DNA from: an uncultured cyanobacterium
GTDB lineage: Bacteria > Cyanobacteriota > Cyanobacteriia > Cyanobacteriales > CAWCAG01
NCBI GenBank assembly: GCA_963803805.1
Contig: CAWDOD010000003.1
Coordinates: 480,001 to 544,000, forward strand
Direction of reading: 5' to 3'
DNA: 64,000 nt
Position 1 is the first letter of the stretch, and every line of letters begins with the position of its first letter. The position numbers were made by a program, and so were the translations under genes. Positions 50,432-60,988 of the stretch are shown piece by piece. Below the pieces are notes generated by a model. It searched no databases. It worked only from the letters and a program-made list of their open reading frames with translations, and was not told the DNA's origin.

Positions 50432-51508
50432 CTACTGCTGAGCCTCTTCTCTTTGTTGGCGAATAGCATTTTTAGCTGCTTCATGTTCTTGCACAGTCTT
50501 GCTAAAGAAGTGAGTGCCGTCGTAGCGAGCAACAAAATAGAGGTAAGGGGTATCTTCTGGATTAAGGGCAGCTTTGAGACTAGCTAAACCAGGATTAGCA
50601 ATAGGAGTAGGGGGAAAACCGGCATTAAGATAGGTATTATAGGGAGAAGGAGTATTAACTTGAGAAAGGCTTAGGGGTTGGTCAGCAGTTTGTTGAATAT
50701 TTAAACCATATTCAACGGTGGGGTCGGTTTCGAGTTTCATACCTTGTCGCAGGCGGTTCATGAAGACTCCGGCAATAGTAGAACGTTCTTCATCTACCAC
50801 CGCTTCTTTTTCCACAATACTAGCTAAATTAAGCCATTGATAAAAAGTTAGTCCTTTATTTTCTCCTTGTTGATATACCGGTAAAGCCACCTCTTCAAAG
50901 CGCTTTAACATCATCTCAATAACTTGTTGAGGAGTAACGCGATCGCTGGCTAATTGATAGGTATCTGGATACAAAAAACCTTCTAAATGGGGTAAATCCT
51001 GGGGCAACCAAGCATATTCTCCTTGGGGAATTTGTCTGGTAGCATTCACAAAATCTGCTGCGGCAAAATATCCTAAAGACTCAAAATAGCTGGCCATTTG
51101 CTTAATTGTCCAACCTTCAGGAATAGTAAATTCCAGTTTGATGACATCCCCTTGCCAGATAGTGCGGGCAATAGTAGGTAAAGATTCTGTGGGGGAAACC
51201 TTGTAAGTACCAGCCTTAAAATCCCCCTTGGGTTCTTTTATTTTCATTTGTAAAGCCCATAGTTGCCAAGCTTGATGAGAATTAATTAAACCAGCAGCTT
51301 GCAAATCTTCCCCGATTTGCTTAGTGGCAGTTCCAGGGGGAATATTGATTTGTACAGTTTCATTTGATTCGTTGGCTTCAGAATCAGATTGAGCTTTAGC
51401 TTCTGTTGGGGAAATAGCCCAACTAAACCAACTCCAACCTTGCAAAGCACAGAAACTTAAGAAAATGGGCAAAATCAGCAAATAATAAAACCATTTGAAA
51501 ACTTTCAT
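50432..51508 (-). CDS. mltG: Endolytic transglycosylase MltG
   Basis: TIPEG, LEGFLYPDTY, ASIVEKE, LETDPTV, SPYNTY, YLYFV. Confidence 0.95.
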   Translation of the reverse strand: MKVFKWFYYLLILPIFLSFCALQGWSWFSWAISPTEAKAQSDSEANESNETVQINIPPGTATKQIGEDLQAAGLINSHQAWQLWALQMKIKEPKGDFKAGTYKVSPTESLPTIARTIWQGDVIKLEFTIPEGWTIKQMASYFESLGYFAAADFVNATRQIPQGEYAWLPQDLPHLEGFLYPDTYQLASDRVTPQQVIEMMLKRFEEVALPVYQQGENKGLTFYQWLNLASIVEKEAVVDEERSTIAGVFMNRLRQGMKLETDPTVEYGLNIQQTADQPLSLSQVNTPSPYNTYLNAGFPPTPIANPGLASLKAALNPEDTPYLYFVARYDGTHFFSKTVQEHEAAKNAIRQQREEAQQ

Positions 51509-51604
51509 AAGCTAGGCTCAAATTTAACTACTGCTATTGAATCAAAAATTATTGTTGTGGCTTCCAGCTTAAGAAATAAATATGGGTTAAGTTACACAAA
51601 AAAA

Positions 51605-52177
51605 TTAATCGAGATCTTCAAAAAGTAATTCTTCTAGGAAAGGTTGCAATAGTTCAAACTCTTCTGGTGAAGTTAACTCTAGTTGATCGCCGCGGGTGGT
51701 TTTAGCAAAAAATAGTAAAGGTGCTAAGGGGGTATAAATTTCGTATTCTTTGCCGTGATGATAAAAAGTTGCTAAGAACTGATACTCCTCTGCTTCTGAG
51801 TTACCTTCATCTTCTTCAATTTCCAGGATCAGGATATCATCTTCAGATGTTGCAGGTAGTTCTCCAGTTGCTGTCAAAGTAAAGGCACTATGCTGAAGAG
51901 TTAAATTGTGTTCAGCCAAGACAGCTTTCGCATCTCCAAAAATCTCTTTGATTTCTGCTTCATCTTCAAGCCAGACAGCGCCAGAGTCTTGATCATTATT
52001 GTCCCAAGCAATAATTGTCACTGCTGCAGCTATGGGCATCAGCATTAGATAAGTGGAGCCTTCGATTTCAAAAGAACGCTCTACATAACAATCAAGGGAG
52101 CGTTCATCTTCGTCAATTAGGGTGACAATTTCCGTGCCAGATTGATCGTTCTCATTGGGAAATTGGGGCAGGGACAT
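51605..52177 (-). CDS. DUF3727 domain protein
   Basis: Acidic protein; L.DEDERSL.CY, AKAVLAE..LTL..SAFTLT..GELP, Y.IYTPL.P. Confidence 0.8.
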   Translation of the reverse strand: MSLPQFPNENDQSGTEIVTLIDEDERSLDCYVERSFEIEGSTYLMLMPIAAAVTIIAWDNNDQDSGAVWLEDEAEIKEIFGDAKAVLAEHNLTLQHSAFTLTATGELPATSEDDILILEIEEDEGNSEAEEYQFLATFYHHGKEYEIYTPLAPLLFFAKTTRGDQLELTSPEEFELLQPFLEELLFEDLD

Positions 52178-52322
52178 ACTTTAATAAATATTTATGCTGT
52201 GAGTAGCTAACAATCTCAATGAATTTGTTAGACAGTTAAATATTTAATCCTATCATGTTGAGTCCCCTATCTTCCAACCCAACAAAATCGCAGCTCAAAA
52301 ACCTAATACTTTGGTATGACTC

Positions 52323-55300
52323 CTACCCACGGCAAAGATTATCCCGCAAGCTCTTTTCTTGTTGTTTAACTGCTGCTAATAGTTCGGCGTGTTGGATAAT
52401 TACTCCAGCTTGGGAGTTGAAAATATCCATATACTTCTCATCATTTTGATCAAAGCTAGTACAAAAATCTGCCGGTATTTCTTCGTGGACTTCTCTATAG
52501 ACTTCGCCGTAGTCTCCAGAGAGTTTCTTGTTAACTAGTTGAGTTACGCCAATCAAATCCCCATCAGGATTCCACACTGGGGTACAAAGCAAGCTACAGG
52601 TACGATAACCAGTCTTGCTATCGGTTTTTTTAGCCATCTCCGATTGGGGATGGGTGTACAAATCAAAGGGGATATTTAAAGACTCTTTGGTTTTAGCTAC
52701 CGAACCCGCATAACCAACTCCCACCTTGATTCTTAATTCTTGGAGTGAACCATCCTCAAAAGGAATTTTTGTCCACAATTCATTACTACGCCGATCCAAT
52801 AACCAAAGGGTACTGCGGTCAGAGTTAATTAATTCTTTCGCCGCTTCCATAACCCGCTTGAGTATATCCTCTGGTTCTAAGGTACTTTGGTTAACAGAAC
52901 GAGTAGCTGCCATCAAAGCTGCAGCTACCCTTTGCCCCCTAGCGGTTTTGTGGTAGGAACGGAAGCTTTCTAAAATCATTTGGATTAAGGGGACTTGGGA
53001 AGCGAAGCGTTCCTCATCTTTAGCCGTAAATCCTTCTTGGTCAATTCTTTCGGGTAAAGGGGCATTTTGATCCCTAAAGCGTTTCAGTTTGTTAAGACAT
53101 TGGACAACGGCAAATAAATCTCCTTGTTCATTTAAAAGAGGGAAATTCAACATACTGTAGGTACGATAGCCATTTCTGCGATCTTGTTCTTTGGCTGTGA
53201 GGGAACGGGTATCGTCATAAAAGTCGTAGGGAATATTCATAACTTTCTTGCTAGCAGCAACTTCCCCCACAATACCTTTGTTGATGGGAATGCGAATTTC
53301 TAAGGAGCGATCGCCTTCTGCTTGGGCCACAATTGACCAAAATTCATCTCTTTCTTCATCAAGGAGGAATATACTGGTACGATCTGCTTCAACGGATTTA
53401 CCGAGTTTTTGAGAAATAGAGCGCAAAGTAGAGTCCATCACTTCATCGAAACCCTGACTTTCCATTACTTGGGTTAACATGGCTAGGGTTTGACTAACCA
53501 CATTTTGGGGATTACCTTCTGCTTGTTCTTTCATGGCAGCGAATTGTTTGGCGTTTTGAATAGCGACCCCAACTTGAGAATTAAATATTTGCATATATTT
53601 CTGGGAGTTGGCATCGAAGCTTGCTTGAAAACATTCCGGTGCTTCTGGCCAGTCAACAGGATTATAAGCAGGAAAATTTCCTGGTTTCCTTTTATTTACG
53701 AGTTGAGTAACGCCAATTAGTTCCCCATCAGGACTCCAAACAGGCATACACAATAAGCTACAGGTGCGATAACCGGTTTTTTGGTCGGTTTCTTGGGCTG
53801 TTTCTGAATCTATGTGGTTATAGAGGTCAAAACCAATATTTAAAGGCTCTTCGGTGGCAGCAACTTTCCCGGCATAACCCTGACCTACTTGTACTTCTAA
53901 TTCTTTGACACTACCATCTTCAAAGAGAATTTTAGTCCATAGTTTGTTAGCGTCCCTATCCAGTAACCATAAAGTACTGCGGTCGGCATTCATCAATTTT
54001 TTAGCCGCATTCATAACATTGTGAATCACCTCATCGGAGTCGAGACTACTTTGGGAAACGACTCGGGTAGCAAAGGTGAGGGCTTCGGAGGCTTGTAATC
54101 TTTGGGTTAATTTATAGCAGTATTGACATCTTTCAATGATTCGTAAAAGTTCTGGTGCATATTCACTAAATTGCTTTTGGTCAGCTTCGTTAAAACCTTC
54201 GCGATCAATACGATTAATTAAGGATTCAGTGGGATGATTGTTTTCTTCTAACTTGTTAATTAAGTTAACAACTGCAACTAATTTATTATGTTTATTTAAT
54301 AAAGGGACAGCTAAAAGGGTGTAGGTGGGATAACCTGTTTGTAAATCGACATTTTCCGGTTTTTCAAAGTTACTATCTTGGGCATAACCAAAAGGCACTT
54401 TGACCATCTCTTTTAAACTTGTAACCAAATCAACAATTTCGCGATTAGCACTAACTTCTACTTCCGAGCCAAAATAGTTACTTTGATTCCGGGCAATAAT
54501 TGACCAAATTTCACTTTTTTCTTCATCAATTAAATAGATGTTAATGCGATCAACACAAAGCAAATCGCTCATTTTTAAGGTAATAGAACCTAAAATTTCG
54601 TCGAGGATATAATCAAAGCCTTTCCCTTCCATAAAGTTAAGCATGGAGAGGAGTTTTTGCTCTTGTTTGGCTACTACTTGCATAAAGTCAGCGTGCAAAT
54701 TAGCTAAAGCTTTATTAACCCAATTCCAATTGAATACAGCAGCATAAATGCGATTATAAATACTTAAAATAGGGGTGGACTCTTTCTTCCCTAACCATCT
54801 TTTAACCACCAAACCAGAAAGCCGTAATTCCATTTGTTCAGGAGTTTCTTCAGCAGGAATTTCTCCTAAATTACTTTCTTCGGTAGCAGATTGGGCAGAA
54901 AGTAAAATTTGCTGATAAAGCTGCAAAAGAGGGCCACTCCTTTGACCAATTCTTAAGATGCGATCGCGGATAGTTTTCAAATGAGGCGGATCATCAGTGG
55001 CTTCCCAGTTATCAATGATGCGTCTGCGGACGATATCTTCTACCCACCTAGCAATATCACGACCATAAATATCTCCTTCATTTTCTACTTCTTGTAAGAT
55101 TAAATAACAAATTTTTTGGGTTAAAAAAGGTTGTCCTCCGGTCCAATATAAAACCGCTTCTAAGACTTCCTGGGGTTGACTGATTTTTCCTTCTAAGCCT
55201 TTAGCTAAAGGTTTGGCTTCTGCTAACTTAAAACCATTTAATTCAATACCACGACCAATATTAAAAGGAGTACAAGTTTTATCTTGAATTAAATCTGAAG

Positions 55301-55853
55301 GAGTTGCTACCCCCAACAAAGCAAAAGTGAGGCGTTGATATTCAATACAAGCGCGGATAAAAGCAAAGAAATCATCAGTACTAAAATTTAAGCTGAGAAT
55401 ACTATCAATTTCATCAATAAAAATAACAATTTTGCCCGGTACAGATTCTAATAAAACCTGTTCAATAAACTCGCTTAAACGCTGTACCGGGGGGAGAAAT
55501 TCTCTTTCTTTTAGCCAACGTTGCAGTTTGATGCGATCAGCTAATTTAAAATTCATGACTAAGCGTCGCATCACCCCGGCATACCATTGTTCTGGGGTAA
55601 TATCCTGGGAACCAATTTTAGTTAAATCAACAGCCCCACAAGCTACACCTTCTGCTTGCAAGCGATGCATCGTTCTTACTCGCAAGCTAGTTTTACCCAT
55701 TTGTCGTGAATTAAGAACGTAACAAAATTCCCCTGCTTTCAACCCCTGATATAACTCTTTATCTGCTTGGCGCACCACATAAGTAGGAGCATCCAAATGT
55801 AGATGTCCGCCAACTTTGTAGCTATAACTTAAGGTTCGCTCTTGACTTATCAT
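52323..55853 (-). CDS. AAA-like (AAA_35/STAND-type) NTPase fused to four cNMP-type GAF domains, no output domain
   Basis: [17 protein letters not shown] (Walker A), VIFIDEID (Walker B), [10 protein letters not shown]; two GAF-A/GAF-B tandems with [31 protein letters not shown]. Confidence 0.88.
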   Translation of the reverse strand: MISQERTLSYSYKVGGHLHLDAPTYVVRQADKELYQGLKAGEFCYVLNSRQMGKTSLRVRTMHRLQAEGVACGAVDLTKIGSQDITPEQWYAGVMRRLVMNFKLADRIKLQRWLKEREFLPPVQRLSEFIEQVLLESVPGKIVIFIDEIDSILSLNFSTDDFFAFIRACIEYQRLTFALLGVATPSDLIQDKTCTPFNIGRGIELNGFKLAEAKPLAKGLEGKISQPQEVLEAVLYWTGGQPFLTQKICYLILQEVENEGDIYGRDIARWVEDIVRRRIIDNWEATDDPPHLKTIRDRILRIGQRSGPLLQLYQQILLSAQSATEESNLGEIPAEETPEQMELRLSGLVVKRWLGKKESTPILSIYNRIYAAVFNWNWVNKALANLHADFMQVVAKQEQKLLSMLNFMEGKGFDYILDEILGSITLKMSDLLCVDRINIYLIDEEKSEIWSIIARNQSNYFGSEVEVSANREIVDLVTSLKEMVKVPFGYAQDSNFEKPENVDLQTGYPTYTLLAVPLLNKHNKLVAVVNLINKLEENNHPTESLINRIDREGFNEADQKQFSEYAPELLRIIERCQYCYKLTQRLQASEALTFATRVVSQSSLDSDEVIHNVMNAAKKLMNADRSTLWLLDRDANKLWTKILFEDGSVKELEVQVGQGYAGKVAATEEPLNIGFDLYNHIDSETAQETDQKTGYRTCSLLCMPVWSPDGELIGVTQLVNKRKPGNFPAYNPVDWPEAPECFQASFDANSQKYMQIFNSQVGVAIQNAKQFAAMKEQAEGNPQNVVSQTLAMLTQVMESQGFDEVMDSTLRSISQKLGKSVEADRTSIFLLDEERDEFWSIVAQAEGDRSLEIRIPINKGIVGEVAASKKVMNIPYDFYDDTRSLTAKEQDRRNGYRTYSMLNFPLLNEQGDLFAVVQCLNKLKRFRDQNAPLPERIDQEGFTAKDEERFASQVPLIQMILESFRSYHKTARGQRVAAALMAATRSVNQSTLEPEDILKRVMEAAKELINSDRSTLWLLDRRSNELWTKIPFEDGSLQELRIKVGVGYAGSVAKTKESLNIPFDLYTHPQSEMAKKTDSKTGYRTCSLLCTPVWNPDGDLIGVTQLVNKKLSGDYGEVYREVHEEIPADFCTSFDQNDEKYMDIFNSQAGVIIQHAELLAAVKQQEKSLRDNLCRG

Positions 55854-55885
55854 TTATGATTTATCATTAAACATTTATCAATTGA

Positions 55886-57709
55886 TTAATTTCCTAAGCG
55901 ATCTCTAAAATATTGACGATACAATTCAAAGCGAGGCGTTACCTCATTTCTTTTTAGTTTGACTAAGCCGAGACTATGTAGCTTAAATGCTAATACAGAT
56001 TCCAACTCTATAGGTTTTTCCATAGTTACTACTTGAGAAAAAGCTAATGCTAACTCTGGATGTTGTTGTAAATTCCAAAGGTGGCGACGTAAGTGATCTC
56101 CATAAACACCGGCTTCGGTAGGAGCAGTTTCTGCTAGCTTTTCTAGGGTAAGCTGATGTTTAACTAGATGATAGAGAGCGACCTGCACTAAATAGGGATG
56201 TCCCCCCACAACATTCATTAACTGTTCCACTTGCTCGGAGTGCCAACTAAGTCCGTAGCGTTGAGCAAGATCAGCCACTTGAGCGTTGGTAAATTCCCTT
56301 AATTCAATGGGTAATCCTACATTAAAGGGAGATTGATTAACATTCAAGGGTAGATATACCTCTGTTGAATGTACTACCACCAACCTCAGCTTCTCCCAGA
56401 GATCGCTGTCACCATAACCATAACCAGCTTCTTCGTACCAAGCCCTTAAAAGTCCGAAAAAGTCGTCGGCTATTTTGGGATATTGGAAAACTCGGTCAAC
56501 TTCATCTAAGCCTAATACTAAAGGTTTGTCAGCTTCTGGCAAAAGCAGATCCTCAAAAATAGCAGTGCAGTTATCTTTGCTACCGTAGGTATCTGTCCAG
56601 TAATCATCTACTTTATAAGGTAAACGCAATTTACGGCAAACTTTAGTACAAAACCAGCGCAGAAGTTGATCGAGGTTGGTAAATACTCCCTTATCTGCGT
56701 GTTGAAAACTCAAAGGTACGGTGCGATATCCTTGTTCTTTGGCTTGGTAAAGAATTCTTGCCATCAAAGAAGTTTTACCCATTTGCCTGGGTGCTTTGAG
56801 GCGTATCAAAGCCCCTGGTTTAACAATTTCCTGGTAACATTGTTCTTCTCCAGGAACCCTTTTAATATAAAAAGCAGAAGCTAGACGTACTTGCCCTTTT
56901 GGTAATTCTGGTTCAGCGACGGGTAACGGAGGAGTAGTACTAAGATGGTAAGTCGGGGTTGCTTCGTCAATTAAGGGGAGACACCACCCCCCCTGATCAG
57001 ACAAAATATTGGTAATCTCTTGAATAATGCCAGGAGTTTCTTCTGGCGATCGCCAATCTCTTTGATAGGTTCCTTGGAGGTATCTACGGAGGTCGTGGTT
57101 AAGGGGAACTGTCGGGGGGCAGTTAATTCTGATTGTGAGGATAATCGGTTTAGTTTGGAAATCCTTATCCTTGGCTTGCCTCAACTCCTCAATTAACATT
57201 TCACTTGTTGCTGCTTGAGGAGAAAGGAGAAGTAAAAAGTAATCACACTGTTCTAATTCCGAATCAATTTGTGCTAACCAATTTTCCTCCGTTAAACCGA
57301 CACTAGCCCTAAAAGCTTGGTGTCCCGATGCTTCTATGGCCGTGGCTAATTGGGTAGCTAATTCATAGTCTGGTTCTTGGTTTAAATAGCTAAGGAAGAC
57401 TCGCTTAATTTCTTGGCTGGTTTCTTCTTTAACCTCAACTCCATCCTCTTCGTGACGTTTTAAAGCCCGTTCTAAGGCCCCTCTAATCCTCTTTTTCGTA
57501 ACCTTCTCCCCTAGTGCATTAGAGAGTTTTTGCCATAATTTGTAACCGACATACTTTTCGATGTATTGGGGATTGAGAGGGTAAATCTCTTCATAGGTTC
57601 GTCCTTGGCAAGAACCGATAAAAACTTCTCTTTCCAGGTCATTAAGGTGTTTACCAACTTTTTGATAAACTAAGCGATCTACTAATTCTAAAGCTTTCTC
57701 AAAGTCCAT
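55886..57709 (-). CDS. HTH-TIR-AAA-like NTPase
   Basis: N-terminal cyanobacterial HTH-like domain (LNDLE..V..G..QGRTYEEI...LWQKLS..LGEKVTK); TIR-like VFLSY...CDYFLLLLS....[31 protein letters not shown]. Confidence 0.85.
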   Translation of the reverse strand: MDFEKALELVDRLVYQKVGKHLNDLEREVFIGSCQGRTYEEIYPLNPQYIEKYVGYKLWQKLSNALGEKVTKKRIRGALERALKRHEEDGVEVKEETSQEIKRVFLSYLNQEPDYELATQLATAIEASGHQAFRASVGLTEENWLAQIDSELEQCDYFLLLLSPQAATSEMLIEELRQAKDKDFQTKPIILTIRINCPPTVPLNHDLRRYLQGTYQRDWRSPEETPGIIQEITNILSDQGGWCLPLIDEATPTYHLSTTPPLPVAEPELPKGQVRLASAFYIKRVPGEEQCYQEIVKPGALIRLKAPRQMGKTSLMARILYQAKEQGYRTVPLSFQHADKGVFTNLDQLLRWFCTKVCRKLRLPYKVDDYWTDTYGSKDNCTAIFEDLLLPEADKPLVLGLDEVDRVFQYPKIADDFFGLLRAWYEEAGYGYGDSDLWEKLRLVVVHSTEVYLPLNVNQSPFNVGLPIELREFTNAQVADLAQRYGLSWHSEQVEQLMNVVGGHPYLVQVALYHLVKHQLTLEKLAETAPTEAGVYGDHLRRHLWNLQQHPELALAFSQVVTMEKPIELESVLAFKLHSLGLVKLKRNEVTPRFELYRQYFRDRLGN

Positions 57710-58235
57710 ATATATACTGATAAGACTATGATTAATTTTAATCTGAAACTCAAGATGTAGTAAGGGGTGATGGGGAAGTTAAAAGTGATTTTTTTGGGGT
57801 TTTTACTTAATGATTTTGAACCTAATTACCAACTAAATTAAGTGTTTATTCTTGAATTAAGATTTTAGTTATGAGATCCTTTAAAATACTGATTCAGATC
57901 ACAGCCAAGGTAAAGCTCATTAGTCTATTTTTTATATAAAGACGTGGGAATATAAGTGCTTTCCTTAAGTTATTTTTTGTTAAGTCATAGCTAGTATGGG
58001 GTTTTATGAGGTCTGAAATAAAGATGTTTTTCGCGATAGATTTATAGCATCAGCAAGAACTAAGAAACTTATGGTATTTTCTGGTTCTCATAGCTCAAAT
58101 ATTTAGTTAAAACTATATAAAGTAAGCAATATTCAATCGTTGTTTAATTAATTAATAGAAAAACTGAAATAGTTAAATTTATTCAGTTATTTCACTTGGA
58201 TTGAAGCAAAAGTAAAGTCCACTAGGTAAACAGAA

Positions 58236-59228
58236 ATGTTTAACTTAACTCAAGAAAGAATCGATAGCTGCGTGCGGCGTTTGCAAGGGGGTTACTTCCG
58301 GATATACGGTAGCTCCAGGGCTGAATATGCTGAGTTGATTGCTAGTGTAGCTAGGGTTGCTTTAGAAAATATTGCCCGTAGCGATGCTGCTTATCACGAT
58401 GTAGATCATACTATTCTTGTTACCTTAGCCGGACAAGAAATATTGCGAGGAAAACATATCCGCGAAGGCAATGTTTCTTGCGATAATTGGTTTCATTCTA
58501 TTATTTCTTTGTTGTGTCATGATATTGGTTATATCAAAGGAATTTGTCGCCAAGATCGCCCTCAAGAAAAGTTGTTCGTTACAGGTAAAGATAGGGAAGT
58601 AATCGCCTTAAAACCAGGAGCCACTGATGCGGCTTTGACTGATTACCATGTAGACAGGGGCAAACTATTTGTTGAAGAGAACTTTTCTGGTTATAAACTA
58701 ATTGATATAGGAGTTATCAATGACAACATTGAAATGACTCGTTTCCCTATTCCCAAAGAGGGAAAGTATCAACAAACTAGTACCTATGCAGCCTTGGCTA
58801 GGGCCGCTGATTTAATTGGTCAATTGGCAGATCCCCACTACTTGCAAAAAATGCCCGCTTTGTTTTATGAGTTCTGGGAAAACGGTACTAGCGAAAAACT
58901 AGGTTATAGCCATCCAGGGGATTTGCGTTCTGCTTATCCTAACTTCTTTAAAACCGTTGTTAGTCCTTATATTCAAGAGGGTTTGCACCACTTAGAAGTT
59001 ACCAGACAAGGGCGAGAAATTATTGCCAGCTTGTATGAAAATGTTTGGGTTGTGGAAAATGAGTTAAAGGATAAAGATGGTAGTAGTTCCGAGGATCATC
59101 CTCAAACTCTAGTTTCTATCCCTCCTTTACCTGATGTAGGTACTCTTGCTGCCAAAGCTAACCTTTTCTCCAGTGAGGGTGGGCTAAGAAACTGGTTGCC
59201 TAAGTCCTTGCGTATTAGTCATGCCTAA
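58236..59228 (+). CDS. HD-domain metal-dependent phosphohydrolase (Npun_R2479-like)
   Basis: AYHDVDHT, LCHDIGY, YHVDRG, RAADLIGQL, LFYEF. Confidence 0.88.
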   Translation: MFNLTQERIDSCVRRLQGGYFRIYGSSRAEYAELIASVARVALENIARSDAAYHDVDHTILVTLAGQEILRGKHIREGNVSCDNWFHSIISLLCHDIGYIKGICRQDRPQEKLFVTGKDREVIALKPGATDAALTDYHVDRGKLFVEENFSGYKLIDIGVINDNIEMTRFPIPKEGKYQQTSTYAALARAADLIGQLADPHYLQKMPALFYEFWENGTSEKLGYSHPGDLRSAYPNFFKTVVSPYIQEGLHHLEVTRQGREIIASLYENVWVVENELKDKDGSSSEDHPQTLVSIPPLPDVGTLAAKANLFSSEGGLRNWLPKSLRISHA

Positions 59229-59243
59229 TGGTAAATAACCATT

Positions 59244-59888
59244 ATGAAGACTACTTGTGATTTCAACCCCGATAAATATGGTTTTGCCCTCCATAGTACT
59301 AGTCCTCAATTAGGATTAGCCATAAGTAACTTTACAAATCCCTTCCTCTGTCAAACTTTTGAATTAGGGAGGGATTTGTCATCACAGCTACACCTGCAAA
59401 TACTAGAGTTTCTCCAGCCCTATTGTTGGGAAGATTTAGCTTTCATCAGTGTGGCGAAAGGCCCTGGTAGCTTCACTAGTACTCGCATTGGTATGGTGAC
59501 AGCCCGTACCCTTGCCCAGCAGTTAAATATTCCCCTCTTTGTCTTTTCTAGCCTTGCTGCGATCGCTTGGTTAGAAGGAGATAAACACCTGCAAGAAACC
59601 ATTGCTGTAGAAATGCCAGCCCGACGCAATGAGTTATTTGTGGGAGTTTATCAAGTTTCCCAGGCTGGTTTAGTGGAGATTCTACCTGATACAAGCACAG
59701 AAGCAGCATCATGGCAAGATACTCTTAACAGTTTAGATAGTTATAAATTAATTCAAACTCCAGTTAATCTTGGTTATACAGTTACTAGCCTCCTAGAGTT
59801 AGCCCTATTGAGTTGGCAACAAGGAAACAAACCCCATTGGTCTAAGGCTTTACCATTTTACGGTCAACATCCTGTAAGCAATTGCTAA
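59244..59888 (+). CDS. tsaB: tRNA threonylcarbamoyladenosine biosynthesis protein TsaB
   Basis: GPGSFTSTRIG, A.TLAQQL.IP, MPARR. Confidence 0.93.
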   Translation: MKTTCDFNPDKYGFALHSTSPQLGLAISNFTNPFLCQTFELGRDLSSQLHLQILEFLQPYCWEDLAFISVAKGPGSFTSTRIGMVTARTLAQQLNIPLFVFSSLAAIAWLEGDKHLQETIAVEMPARRNELFVGVYQVSQAGLVEILPDTSTEAASWQDTLNSLDSYKLIQTPVNLGYTVTSLLELALLSWQQGNKPHWSKALPFYGQHPVSNC

Positions 59889-59908
59889 ACTGTAGAGTAA
59901 TTCTCTAA

Positions 59909-60475
59909 GTGAAACTCTTTAGTTTTCTTGCTTTTAAGTTGTATCTTTCCTTGCTATCAATACTCAGAAAATTGTGGCATACAGTGGCACAATTCCAGTT
60001 TGTTTCTTCTCAACCTCCCCCAGGTAAGTCTGGGCTGTTGAGGTATTATCGTTATTGGTTGAAGCGTTTTTCTCGCTTAAAAGATAGTCCCAGGAGAATT
60101 GCACGGGGTTTGGCAGCAGGAGTGTTTACAGGTTGCTTTCCCCTGTTAGGTTTGCAAACTATTTTAGGTATTTTGGTAGCTTGGTTAATTAGAGGCAATA
60201 AAATTGCTGCGGCTGCGGGAACTTGGATTAGCAACCCCTTAACCTATTTACCAATTTTTACCTTCAATTTTGGTATTGGTAGAATTGTGACAAGAGGAGA
60301 AGATTTAGCTTTAAGTGATGTTCATTGGGAAAATTGGTCAGAGTTATTAGATTTGGGGACAACTTTTGTTGCTACTTTGATGATTGGCTCTTTTTTAGTA
60401 GGTTTGGTTACGGCAGTTTGTGCTTATTTTTTAAGTTTATGGTTATTGGTGAAGTTGCGAAAGTCTGGAGATTGA
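59909..60475 (+). CDS. DUF2062 family membrane protein (start may be downstream)
   Basis: SPRRIARGLAAGVF.G.FP, GTWISNPLT. Confidence 0.85.
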   Translation: MKLFSFLAFKLYLSLLSILRKLWHTVAQFQFVSSQPPPGKSGLLRYYRYWLKRFSRLKDSPRRIARGLAAGVFTGCFPLLGLQTILGILVAWLIRGNKIAAAAGTWISNPLTYLPIFTFNFGIGRIVTRGEDLALSDVHWENWSELLDLGTTFVATLMIGSFLVGLVTAVCAYFLSLWLLVKLRKSGD

Positions 60476-60535
60476 AAATTATTTATCATTGATCATTAAA
60501 CTACGAAGTCCCTAAAATTCTGAACTTATTACTTA

Positions 60536-60937
60536 TTACTTATTACTTTCTCCTGCCTGACAACTTAGCTGTATTAAATCTTCAATCCTCTTTAATTTAG
60601 GATCTCCTGCTAAATAACTAATGCCACGATGTAAATGTAAGCGAAATTGATAAGCAAGGGTTTCCTTATCTGTACCTAAACCATCTTGATGGCAACGCTG
60701 TTTTAAGGCCAAAATAAAAACATCGGACATTTTGCCAGAAAAGACTTGCCAGGTTAATTCTATATTACTATCAGCAGGAATTGGTACAGGAGAAGGAATC
60801 GAGGGTTCAGCAAGAGAACGACAAAAACCCCAGCGACAGAGTACATTCCAATGTTCAATTTTGGTGAGACGTTTGAGTTTAATTAGCTGATCTCTAGCTG
60901 TGTTGGAGAGTTTGATGTTGTTGACAGGAGGCTGCAT
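60536..60937 (-). CDS. dndE: DNA sulfur modification protein DndE
   Basis: IKLS..ARDQL.KLKR.T.I..WNVLCRW.FC.SL, FRLHL.RGI; follows dndD. Confidence 0.92.
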   Translation of the reverse strand: MQPPVNNIKLSNTARDQLIKLKRLTKIEHWNVLCRWGFCRSLAEPSIPSPVPIPADSNIELTWQVFSGKMSDVFILALKQRCHQDGLGTDKETLAYQFRLHLHRGISYLAGDPKLKRIEDLIQLSCQAGESNK

Positions 60938-60988
60938 TTTAATTGATAATTGTACGGCTTTGCCGTTGTCGTAAACTAAATTGAATTA

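Noticed and set aside
52255-52449. Short plus-strand ORF near DUF3727, checked as a possible yqgF/ruvX remnant
   Set aside because: No YqgF motifs, and it overlaps the GAF gene antisense
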